12,810 bases of DNA from Fidelibacterota bacterium (lineage in GTDB: Bacteria > Fidelibacterota > Marinisomatia > Marinisomatales > TCS55): positions 1 to 12,810 of the forward strand of contig JBHHTW010000046.1 in the NCBI GenBank assembly GCA_046861385.1. The letters are read 5' to 3'. This document shows, in pieces, positions 1-7,822 of this stretch (positions within the stretch are counted from its first letter, which is position 1; each line of letters starts with the position of its first letter). A program made the translations under genes and the position numbers. The notes beneath the pieces were generated by a model. The model saw only the letters and a list, made by a program, of their open reading frames with translations. It was not told the DNA's origin and did not search any database.

Positions 1-91
1 ATAGTGGGTTTATCCCAAATTTTTTTATAGTAATCTTTATATTCCAACCTGATGAACCGACTAAATAAAATACATTTTGTTGAGCTATGTC

Positions 92-120
92 TTGACAGGA
101 TTTTTCGAAATTGCCAATTT
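92..120 (+). promoter_or_regulatory. Putative sigma70-type promoter for the amine oxidase gene
   Basis: Perfect TTGACA at 92-97, a 17-nt spacer, then TGn-CAATTT (TG 112-113, -10-like hexamer 115-120), 14 nt upstream of ATG 135. The -10 match is imperfect. Confidence 0.4.
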
Positions 121-134
121 CGGCTTTTGTAAAA

Positions 135-1361
135 ATGTTTGAAATAAACCGTCGGGAATTTCTTCGTCAATCTATTTTTCTTGCAGCTGGATTCGCAATT
201 TTTTCTTGCGAAAATGAGGAACGAGATGATGAAGTGTTCCGGGAATCTCCCGGTATGCTTATTGGAGATCAGCCTCCTAAACGTGTTATTATTATCGGTG
301 CCGGTTTATCCGGATTAGTGGCAGGATACGAATTAATTCGAGTAGGTCATGATGTTACTATTCTGGAAGCCAGAGACAGAGTTGGGGGACGGGTTCACAC
401 TCACCGCAATGATTTTTCAGATGGATATTATGCAGAAGCCGGCGCCGCCCGAATTCCGCCAGATCACCATATGACACTGGGATATGTGGACCATTTCGGA
501 TTAACGCTTGCACCTGTTTATCCCAGCTCGGGCTTGTATGTGAGATTATCAAATGGAGATCGGACGCTCATATCAGCAAACGATTATTTAAATGATCGAC
601 CATGGCCGTCTTCAGTTACACATAGAGAATATGCAAAGATTCAGGGAGGTATGGACAAATTGCCCAAAGCATTTGCCAAATCCATAATGGAAAATATTCA
701 TCTGTCTACGATTGTTGAATCGATTGAACAGGATTCTGAAGGTGTATTAGTGAGTGTCTCTAATGGGATTGAGTATATAGGAGATAGAGTGCTGTGTACC
801 GTACCGCTACCGGTATTGAATCGAATTCAATTTTCTCCACAGCTTTCAGCTGAAAAAATAAAAGCAAGCAAAGGTGGGTATAATTATGCTGCCTCGACAA
901 AGGTCTTTCTACAATTTGCAAATCGTTCCTGGGAGGGTGAAGGTTTGAATGGATGGGGTTACACCGATTGGCCTGAAGAAATATGGCATCCAACCTGGGA
1001 CAGGGAAGGGCTTAAAGGAATCTTAATGTCTTATCTGAGATACAATCGTGCCGCTGAAATCGATGAGCTGAGTCAGGATAATCAGTATGAACATGTTCTC
1101 GATCGTTGGAACAATGTATTTCCGCGAATACATGAACATTTTGAAATTGGCTATTCCCATCCCTGAGCATTGGATGAATGGTCAGGAGGAGCGTGGGCAT
1201 CTCCCAGCAATGAACAGGAGACTGCTCTGAGTACCCACATTGGAGAAGCTGAGGATCGAATCCATTTTGCCGGTGAACACGCTTCAGAATTTCATGGCTG
1301 GATGCAAGGAGTGCTCGTTTCGGGACTCAGGGCAGCTACAGAAATTCATAACAGTGAATAA
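135..1361 (+). pseudogene. Flavin monoamine oxidase / L-amino-acid-oxidase-family protein with Tat-lipoprotein signal, interrupted by an in-frame TGA at 1164-1166
   Basis: ATG 135 begins [11 protein letters not shown] (twin-arginine motif) ... AIFSC (lipobox). It carries the Rossmann motif [10 protein letters not shown], plus [18 protein letters not shown] and GGMDKLP. ORF 1170..1361 is in the same frame and supplies the C-terminal IHFAGEH...GWMQG...SG.RAA motifs. The junction reads YSHP*ALDEWSGGAW, with the stop at the conserved Trp of W..D.W..G. 408 aa if read through. Confidence 0.85.
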
Positions 1362-1466
1362 TCATACGAGGAATACATTAAGATACGTCAAAGGGTACTG
1401 TTTTTTAATTTACATTCCTGGGTATTTTTTCCGTTAATATTTTATTTAATCAAATAGGTAAATACA

Positions 1467-3287
1467 ATGAATGAACGAAATGGATATATTATATTTTTTG
1501 TCATTACCATTGGGCTTGTTTGGATAAATCCAGACAAACCTACGAAAGATATTAGTAAAAAGACTGAGTCAGTCAAGGCCAATACATATTTTGAAAAAGT
1601 GTTCCAGGATAATTTGGATCACAGTCCGGAATTCAAAATGTGGCTGGGGATTAAAGAAGATCAAGGCCACTGGGATGATCATTCTGAACGAGCAACCAAG
1701 ATAAATCTGGCCAGAACAAAAAGAGAATTGCGCTGGTTGAAAAATAATATTGATTACGATAAACTGGATGATCAAACAAAAATAAGCTACGATTTATTTG
1801 TGTATGAACATGATAGAACAATTAGCAATTACAAGTATCGTTATCATAATTACCCTGTAAACCAGATGCATGGGATTCAATCCGGGGTGCCTGCAGACCT
1901 TATCAGTATGCATAAAATTGATAATGTACAAGATGCCTTAAATTATATCAGCCGGTTGCGAAGAACGAAGACACTTTTTAAACATGTGCTTATTGGTCTT
2001 GAGAAAAGACGTTCCATGGGTATTATTCCACCGGAATTTGTTTTTTCACATGTACTGAGAGATTGTCGAAATGTGATTTCAAATGAACCCTTTGAACAAA
2101 CCGGAATTTCAAGCACTCTCTTATCCGATTTTACCAAAAAAGTTGATGCTCTTGACATAGACTCGCGGAAAAAAGTACGATTAATAAAACAAGCCAAACA
2201 GGCATTATTAAAATACGTAAAACCTGCCTATGAACACCTCATTGCTTATGTTGAAGAATTAGAGTTCGAAGCGTCCGAATATGATGGTGTGTGGTCTTTG
2301 CCGGATGGAGAGGACTTTTATAACGCACGTTTAGCTGCTGTTACAACGACCGCATTAACCGCAGAAAAGATTCATGAAATTGGTTTGGGAGAAGTCGAAC
2401 GCATTCATAAAGAAATGCGCGCCATCATGATGCAAGTCGGTTTTAAGGGAACCTTACAGGAATTTTTTAAATATATCAATGATGATAAGAGTCATTTTTA
2501 TGAAGATACAGACGAGGGTAGAGCTGAATATGTTTCTGAAGCTATTCGTATTGTTGATCATATGCGGTCCAAATTAGATTTGCTTTTCTTAACCAAACCT
2601 AAGGCAGATATTGTTGTAAAACCTGTTGAAGCATTCAGGGAAAAATCTGCAGGGAAAGCATTTTATCAAAGTCCAGCGATAGATGGTTCTCGTCCCGGTA
2701 CATATTATGTTAATACGTATGATATTAAAGCCATACCAAAATATCAAATGGAAGCGCTGGCCTATCACGAAGGTATTCCCGGCCATCACATGCAGATAGC
2801 TATTTCCCAGGAATTAGAAAATATTCCTATGTTTCGTAAATTTGGCTGGTACACCGCATATGGCGAAGGTTGGGCTCTCTACAGTGAATATATCCCCAAG
2901 GAAATTGGTTTTTACTCCGATCCGTATTCGGATTTTGGACGTTTGGCAATGGAACTCTGGCGGGCATGTCGGTTAGTTGTGGATACGGGAATTCACGCCA
3001 AAAAATGGACCCGGGAACAGGGGATCAAATATTATGTTAATAATACACCAAATGTAGAAGCAGATGCAGTTAAAATGGTGGAGCGTCATATTGTTATGGC
3101 CGGACAGGCAACAGGATATAAAATCGGTATGCTAAAAATTCTTGAACTCCGGGAAAAAGCCAGGAAGCAACTTGAGGACACCTTTGATATTCGTGAATAT
3201 CACGACGTAATTCTAACCAATGGCCGCCTGCCTCTGGATATTCTCGAAACTCAAGTGGACAAGTGGATTTCTTCAAAATTAAATTAA
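1467..3287 (+). CDS. DUF885 family protein (putative exported metallopeptidase-like protein)
   Basis: 606 aa with an N-terminal hydrophobic segment. Family motifs: EALAYHEGIPGHHMQ, AFYQSPAIDGSRPG, AYGEGWALYSE, WRACRLVVDTGIH, GQATGYKIG. SD-like AGGT upstream. Confidence 0.9.
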   Translation: MNERNGYIIFFVITIGLVWINPDKPTKDISKKTESVKANTYFEKVFQDNLDHSPEFKMWLGIKEDQGHWDDHSERATKINLARTKRELRWLKNNIDYDKLDDQTKISYDLFVYEHDRTISNYKYRYHNYPVNQMHGIQSGVPADLISMHKIDNVQDALNYISRLRRTKTLFKHVLIGLEKRRSMGIIPPEFVFSHVLRDCRNVISNEPFEQTGISSTLLSDFTKKVDALDIDSRKKVRLIKQAKQALLKYVKPAYEHLIAYVEELEFEASEYDGVWSLPDGEDFYNARLAAVTTTALTAEKIHEIGLGEVERIHKEMRAIMMQVGFKGTLQEFFKYINDDKSHFYEDTDEGRAEYVSEAIRIVDHMRSKLDLLFLTKPKADIVVKPVEAFREKSAGKAFYQSPAIDGSRPGTYYVNTYDIKAIPKYQMEALAYHEGIPGHHMQIAISQELENIPMFRKFGWYTAYGEGWALYSEYIPKEIGFYSDPYSDFGRLAMELWRACRLVVDTGIHAKKWTREQGIKYYVNNTPNVEADAVKMVERHIVMAGQATGYKIGMLKILELREKARKQLEDTFDIREYHDVILTNGRLPLDILETQVDKWISSKLN

Positions 3288-3319
3288 TTCTGGAAGATCG
3301 ATACCGTAAGCGTTTTTTG

Positions 3320-3325
3320 TATAAT
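3320..3325 (+). promoter_or_regulatory. Putative -10 box (TATAAT) directly upstream of the ATG; possible leaderless transcript
   Basis: TATAAT at 3320-3325, then 5 nt, then ATG at 3331. No Shine-Dalgarno sequence in between. Confidence 0.4.
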
Positions 3326-3330
3326 ATTCT

Positions 3331-3810
3331 ATGAATCTAAACAATCTTAAAGGCGTCAATCGCTTCCTCTGGAAACTGGGATTTTTCAAAATTCCTCTGA
3401 TATTTTTCTGCCGTCCGAAAGTAGTTGAAATCACAGATGAAAAATGTGTCATTAAAATTCCCCTCAGACGAAATGTGAAAAATCATGTTAAATCAATGTA
3501 TATAGGCGCTCTTACTGTTGGAGCTGATTTAGTTGGTGGATTGCTGGCTATGCGGCACATTGAATCGACCGGGAAAAACATCGTCCTAATTTTTAAAGAT
3601 ATGCACGCAGATTATCTCAAACTGGTTCAGGGAGATGCGTATTTTACCTGCTGTGATGGTAAAAATGTGAGAAAAGCGGTTAGTTTAGCTGCGGAATCGG
3701 GTGAGCGTCAGAATATTGAAGTGGATATTACAGTGACCGTTCCCGATCAACTTGGGGATGAACCGGCTGCAAAATACACGTTAACATTATCGATCAAAGA
3801 TAAGGGTTAA
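3331..3810 (+). CDS. DUF4442 / PaaI-like hot-dog-fold thioesterase
   Basis: 159 aa. KIPLRRNVKNHVKSMYIGALTVGADLVGG and LIFKDMHADYLK..GD..F.C match the DUF4442 pattern. Confidence 0.8.
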   Translation: MNLNNLKGVNRFLWKLGFFKIPLIFFCRPKVVEITDEKCVIKIPLRRNVKNHVKSMYIGALTVGADLVGGLLAMRHIESTGKNIVLIFKDMHADYLKLVQGDAYFTCCDGKNVRKAVSLAAESGERQNIEVDITVTVPDQLGDEPAAKYTLTLSIKDKG

Positions 3811-3813
3811 CCA

Positions 3814-4284
3814 ATCGATATTTTCAGCCATGGATTGTGGGGAAGAGGACTGTTTGGGCATCGTGGCCATCCGGGAATTGCTATTTTTTTCGGTATTTTT
3901 CCTGATATTTTTTCTTTTGGAATATTTGGATTCGTGAGAGCATTACAAGGTGAGTTTCAAATGGGACCACCTCCATTGAATATTATACCTGACTGGGTCG
4001 TATTCAATTATAATTTATCACACAGTTTTGTAACAGCATTGGTTGTCATAGGTGCGGTTGCTATACGAAAGAGGAATTTGGCTTTTACCATGTTAGGTTG
4101 GCCATTGCACATTCTGATGGATTTTCCCTTTCACACCAGAAATTATTTTCCAACTCATTTTCTCTGGCCCTTGACTGATTTTTCAATCGATGGAATTCCC
4201 TGGTCGCATCCATTGGTCTGGTTTCCAAATTTGGCGGGTATTATTTTTCTTTATCTTTATCGATTTAAACAAAAAAGGAAATAG
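3814..4284 (+). CDS. Membrane-bound metal-dependent hydrolase (YdjM/DUF457-like); probable start at ATC 3814 (ORF track uses TTG 3835)
   Basis: Motifs (I)DIFSHGLWG, GIFPDI, LSHSF, LHILMD and FLWPL, with several hydrophobic segments. The first conserved His lies upstream of the TTG. SD-like TAAGGG at 3801-3806. Confidence 0.7.
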   Translation: MDIFSHGLWGRGLFGHRGHPGIAIFFGIFPDIFSFGIFGFVRALQGEFQMGPPPLNIIPDWVVFNYNLSHSFVTALVVIGAVAIRKRNLAFTMLGWPLHILMDFPFHTRNYFPTHFLWPLTDFSIDGIPWSHPLVWFPNLAGIIFLYLYRFKQKRK

Positions 4285-4285
4285 A

Positions 4286-4495
4286 ATGAAAACTGGAACA
4301 ATCAGGCACTATGATGCTGAAAAGAAATTTGGATTTATCCGTGGTGAAGACGGTGTGGATTATTTTTTCCATGGCGGAAGCTTGAGTCCCCGCCTTCAAA
4401 AAATGTCTGGATTACTGAGGGAAGGATTCCGGGTAAAATTTGATACTGATTTTGATATGAAAGGGGATAAGGCAGTAAATGTTCAACCGGAATAG
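4286..4495 (+). CDS. Cold-shock domain protein (69 aa)
   Basis: MKTGTIRHYDAEKKFGFI...DYFFH...LREG.RVKF...KGDKAVNV, with RNP1 (KFGFI) and RNP2 (YFFH). AAGGA SD upstream of ATG 4286, 1 nt after the upstream TAG. Confidence 0.9.
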   Translation: MKTGTIRHYDAEKKFGFIRGEDGVDYFFHGGSLSPRLQKMSGLLREGFRVKFDTDFDMKGDKAVNVQPE

Positions 4496-4549
4496 CATCT
4501 GTTCAAAATAATTTATTGTTCCAATTCCTTTTGGAAATGCAGATGGAAG

Positions 4550-4672
4550 GAGATTGCCACACTACATTTCATTTCGTTCGCAGTGACATTTATTGGTTTT
4601 TTTTATTATTTATTTATTAATTAATACACATAGAAGTTGTCTTCACGAGGAGTTTGTGACGAAGTGATCCCC
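4550..4672. repeat. Two degenerate, inverted copies of a GTCATTGCGAG...GCAATC-type palindromic repeat (CGTC-type / RPE-like) around an AT-rich spacer
   Basis: 4550-4588 GAGATTGCCAC...CGTTCGCAGTGACA and 4638-4672 TGTCTTCACGAGGAG...GACGAAGTGATCCCC resemble the two orientations of this widespread short repeat. They are separated by about 49 nt of A/T-rich sequence. Recognised from memory of the consensus. Confidence 0.6.
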
Positions 4673-4722
4673 TTGGGTTTGCTGACATTCATGAAACCGC
4701 TATAGCGCAACAAGCTGGCGAT

Positions 4723-4801
4723 GTAGTGCATACATTCCCCGCCTACATGCTTACGACAGACAGGCTGTCTGCACTACGACAGACAAGAATGTCTGTCGTA
4801 C
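4723..4801. repeat. GTAG-type REP-like palindrome pair with nested insertion
   Basis: GTAGTGCA (4723-4730) pairs with TGCACTAC (4770-4777). Perfect 11-bp hairpin TACGACAGACA-AGAA-TGTCTGTCGTA at 4775-4800. TACGACAGACA is directly repeated at 4752-4762. Confidence 0.7.
4775..4800. terminator. Hairpin just 3' of the DUF2461 gene; possible terminator or mRNA-stabilising stem
   Basis: 11-bp perfect stem with a 4-nt loop, 7 nt past the minus-strand stop, between convergent genes. No poly-U tail, so it is not a classical intrinsic terminator. Confidence 0.35.
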
Positions 4802-4807
4802 GGTTTA

Positions 4808-5464
4808 TTACAATATTGCTTTTCGTAAAAATCGGATAAACGGAAACATGGCTTTATAGTCAGCTGTAAAGTCCCCAATGATTTTTTCTGAAGTAAGATC
4901 TATTTGTTTTTTTGTACATCCGGCTAAAAAGTCTTTATAACGAAGCCATTTAATCTGTGGATGGTCTTTTGGAAAACCTTTTGGTGCTATTTTCAATTGT
5001 TCACCATCCATTTCACCAAAATGTTTTGTAAATGTTTTATTATAAACGATTTTTTCTAATTCATCAGAATGGTCTACTATATATTCACGAATATTTTGGA
5101 GAATCTCTTTAGACGGATGCCAAATACCGCCACCCAAATAAATATTACCTGGTTCTATATGAACGTAATATCCCGGCCAAAGTCCTTTTCGTCCACCAGT
5201 GCTCATCGCAGCACTGAACCACGTTTTATAAGGACTCTTATCTTTGGAAAACCGAACATCTCGATATATTCTGAATAAACATTCTTTTGGTAACACTCCA
5301 ATTAAACTATCATCGAATTCGGCAATGTTGTGAAGAAGCATAGCAACCAAATCAATAAAATTTGCTACTGCTGATTTATAATCATCTTTATGATTATTGA
5401 ACCAGGTCCGGTCATTGTTTTTCTTGAGATCGGATAAGAAATCAAGAGTTTTTTGTTCAATCAT
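4808..5464 (-). CDS. DUF2461 / TIGR02453 family protein
   Basis: 218 aa. FLSDLKKNNDRTWF, LFRIYRDVRFSKDKSPYK, GYYVHIEP, GGGIWHP, LKIAPKGFPKDHP. Confidence 0.92.
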   Translation of the reverse strand: MIEQKTLDFLSDLKKNNDRTWFNNHKDDYKSAVANFIDLVAMLLHNIAEFDDSLIGVLPKECLFRIYRDVRFSKDKSPYKTWFSAAMSTGGRKGLWPGYYVHIEPGNIYLGGGIWHPSKEILQNIREYIVDHSDELEKIVYNKTFTKHFGEMDGEQLKIAPKGFPKDHPQIKWLRYKDFLAGCTKKQIDLTSEKIIGDFTADYKAMFPFIRFLRKAIL

Positions 5465-6596
5465 TTTGAAACTCCTCTCCGAAAGTTAAACGTTCACCAA
5501 TGGGCGGATGAGAATAATAGAACCATTTAACCCACCAGCTTGGATAGGCGTTGGATAAATTACGGTTTGCGAGCCCTGACATGGCACCTAAAAAATCGTT
5601 TTTATTAAAATACAATTTTAAGGAAAAATAATCCGCTTGGCGCTCAAATGTGCGAGATATCCAATTATTTAATGGGCCAAACAACACTCCTGATAATATG
5701 CCCATGATTAAAACGATCATGGGGAAGAGAGCTAGATTGGCAACATTTGATGCAAGAAAATCAGAGAAGAATTGTTTCATAGCCATATCTAGTATGTAAA
5801 ATGTAATAAGCTGTTGGGCAGTTCCGATAACAATATTTTTGGGGAGGTGATTGTATTTATAATGTCCTACTTCATGGGCAATTACGGACGATATTTCACC
5901 TTCACTCATATGCTCCAGTAAATTATCCGCCATGACTACACGGCGAGTTTTTCCCAATCCGGCTAAAAATGCATTTTCTTTTTTGGTCTGTTTGCTCATG
6001 TCCTGCTTAAAAAAACCGCCTGGTTTAAGTCCTGCTTTTTCTAGTATTTCTGTCAAACGGCTGATCAGGCTGTCATCTTCAATGGGATCGTATTTATTAA
6101 AAATGGGAGCGATAATGACAGGAAAGATTGTTACAAAAATGACTGAAACCATTGCGGTGGCACCGCCGGCTACCAGCCACCAAATATCTGGAAAAGTGGC
6201 AAAAACCCAATACAACAATCCTAAAAGTAATGGAAATAAAACGAGGCCAACTAAAAAGGATTTCAATTGATCCAGCGCCCAAGTTTTATGAGTATAATTG
6301 GAAAATCCCCATTTATGTTCGTGGACATATCCGGAATAATAACCCAGAGGCATTCCGATTAGAGTTGATATGATTTGAAAAATAAGAACATAGATTAAGA
6401 AGGTCCAGATAAATGAGAATTCAAGGTGGGCGATCTGATGGCTAAAACCTGAAAAATAATACCAAAGTATAAAGGCTAATGAAATAACTGAACCAAATAA
6501 TCCTAAAAGGCGTTTTTCATTTTCATATTTTCTGGCTTTCTGCTGTTTTTCAGCATCCAGAAGTGGATGGATGTTATTGAGATTGGTCATTTTCAT
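5457..6596 (-). CDS. M48 family zinc metallopeptidase (Ste24/YhfN-like), integral membrane
   Basis: 379 aa (alternative ATG at 6590). Multiple TM helices, NAFLAGLGKTRRVV, HEVGH zinc motif, SRTFERQAD, YSHPP..ERL. Confidence 0.93.
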   Translation of the reverse strand: MKMTNLNNIHPLLDAEKQQKARKYENEKRLLGLFGSVISLAFILWYYFSGFSHQIAHLEFSFIWTFLIYVLIFQIISTLIGMPLGYYSGYVHEHKWGFSNYTHKTWALDQLKSFLVGLVLFPLLLGLLYWVFATFPDIWWLVAGGATAMVSVIFVTIFPVIIAPIFNKYDPIEDDSLISRLTEILEKAGLKPGGFFKQDMSKQTKKENAFLAGLGKTRRVVMADNLLEHMSEGEISSVIAHEVGHYKYNHLPKNIVIGTAQQLITFYILDMAMKQFFSDFLASNVANLALFPMIVLIMGILSGVLFGPLNNWISRTFERQADYFSLKLYFNKNDFLGAMSGLANRNLSNAYPSWWVKWFYYSHPPIGERLTFGEEFQND

Positions 6597-7203
6597 TTGT
6601 ATTAATAAAATCCTTAATTAATTCATACGCTCGTAATGGAATTTTGTGAGTAGCGTTGTATTTTTCAAACTGCACTGAGTAGCCATGTTCAACAAGAAGC
6701 TCATACGCTTTCTCACCTAATTCTGGCTTGACAATTTCATCTTTTGTCCCGTGAAGAATCAGTATTGGCGTTTTAAGGCTTGCTGCAGTCGCATTCGTAA
6801 ACAGTCGATCTGGATGATTAATAAAACCTGCGATAGGAATGATACCGCCAATTGGAAATTCTAAACTCATGGTAACATAATAGCTCAAACCGGCACCCAT
6901 AGAAAATCCAATTAAATAAATATCCTTTGGTGCAAATCCATCTTTTATTACTTGTGCAATCAGATTGGTGGTTAATTTAAATGTCTTTTCATATTTCCAA
7001 CCAATTTCATCGTTTCCACTGAACCATGTAAATCCTTTACCAGCATCAGACTTGTATGGCGCTCGGGGAATATACCATTTGGTATTTTCCAAATTCATCG
7101 ACTTTGCGACTGGAACCATTGAATGTTCATCGCCCGTCCAGCCGTGAAGACCAATGACCGCCCGGGTGGGGTGATCGTTATCCTGGTAATATTTGATTTT
7201 CAA
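6574..7203 (-). CDS. Phospholipase/carboxylesterase (alpha/beta hydrolase)
   Basis: 209 aa, TTG start. LHGWTG oxyanion region, GFSMG nucleophile elbow, HGTKDEIV and THKI give a Ser-Asp-His triad. Confidence 0.9.
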   Translation of the reverse strand: MKIKYYQDNDHPTRAVIGLHGWTGDEHSMVPVAKSMNLENTKWYIPRAPYKSDAGKGFTWFSGNDEIGWKYEKTFKLTTNLIAQVIKDGFAPKDIYLIGFSMGAGLSYYVTMSLEFPIGGIIPIAGFINHPDRLFTNATAASLKTPILILHGTKDEIVKPELGEKAYELLVEHGYSVQFEKYNATHKIPLRAYELIKDFINTNENDQSQ

Positions 7204-7207
7204 TTAT

Positions 7208-7474
7208 TTACTCGACACAACAGCAGTCATCAACAACTTTTACCGTTTCAATATTAAAATTAGTGCCACCAAGGTCGAGTTTATAGCGTATGCAGGCTCC
7301 AATTTCAATTCCGTCAATCTCGCCTAGTTCAGCAATATCTTCTGTGGTTACTTCGTCGAAATAATATCCATCAAGGATTGTGCCTCCACACTCGTCGCAA
7401 CCTTTTTCATCATTCGCACACCCAATTAAAACCAATAGTAATATTAGAAATAATGGAAAAATTTTATGATTCAT
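7208..7474 (-). CDS. Small acidic Cys-rich lipoprotein, unknown function
   Basis: 88 aa. Signal peptide ending LLVLIG-C (lipobox). Mature part has CDEC, a single C and a terminal CCC. Spaced 3-4 nt from its operon neighbours. Confidence 0.75.
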   Translation of the reverse strand: MNHKIFPLFLILLLVLIGCANDEKGCDECGGTILDGYYFDEVTTEDIAELGEIDGIEIGACIRYKLDLGGTNFNIETVKVVDDCCCVE

Positions 7475-7477
7475 TTT

Positions 7478-7798
7478 CTACTCCTGTGGTTTTTCAAAAT
7501 TAGCAGCCGACATCAATGACCATTTTCCGTTCTCCGGGGTTCGACTGGGTTCCAGGCGATATAATTCACCTGTGGCAGTATCTAAAAGATAATGCCAATG
7601 GGTGCGATCGATGCTAAAACTCTGCAGTTGATAGCGACCAGAAGCTTCCGGCTTATTCAGCTCTGCTTCCATATACTCCTCAATTTTCAATAATAATGAA
7701 TGGAGGGAATCGTTTTCAGCTTCTGCAGCACCTGTAAATACGAAGAAAGATGCCGTTATGATAACGCCGGTTATAAAACTGATTATGGATTTTTTCAT
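7478..7798 (-). CDS. Small exported or membrane-anchored hypothetical protein
   Basis: 106 aa. AGGAG SD, MKKS plus a hydrophobic N-terminus, and a C-terminal GRYQ...LLDTATG segment. Confidence 0.8.
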   Translation of the reverse strand: MKKSIISFITGVIITASFFVFTGAAEAENDSLHSLLLKIEEYMEAELNKPEASGRYQLQSFSIDRTHWHYLLDTATGELYRLEPSRTPENGKWSLMSAANFEKPQE

Positions 7799-7822
7799 AT
7801 AAACTCCTTGTGGTTATAATGA

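Noticed and set aside
5-27. TGGG-TTTAT-CCCA hairpin followed by a T-run (terminator of an upstream gene)
   Set aside because: The stem is only 4 bp and sits at the window edge, so it cannot be supported.
1164-1166. Alternative genetic code (TGA = Trp or Gly)
   Set aside because: TGA acts as a real stop elsewhere (5457-5459, where the gene end overlaps the next gene's start, and 8902-8904 in a GTGA overlap). Trp is otherwise encoded by TGG, and no other gene has an internal TGA.
1164-1215. Selenocysteine codon with SECIS
   Set aside because: The position corresponds to a conserved Trp, not Cys. Downstream pairing is weak and not a convincing SECIS.
4190-4285. N-terminal 32-aa extension of the cold-shock ORF
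   Set aside because: It overlaps the hydrolase gene. The CSD begins at ATG 4286, which has its own SD.
4496-4807. CRISPR array, riboswitch or tRNA in the intergenic gap
   Set aside because: There are no regularly spaced identical repeats, cloverleaf or recognisable aptamer. The region lies 3' of two convergent genes.
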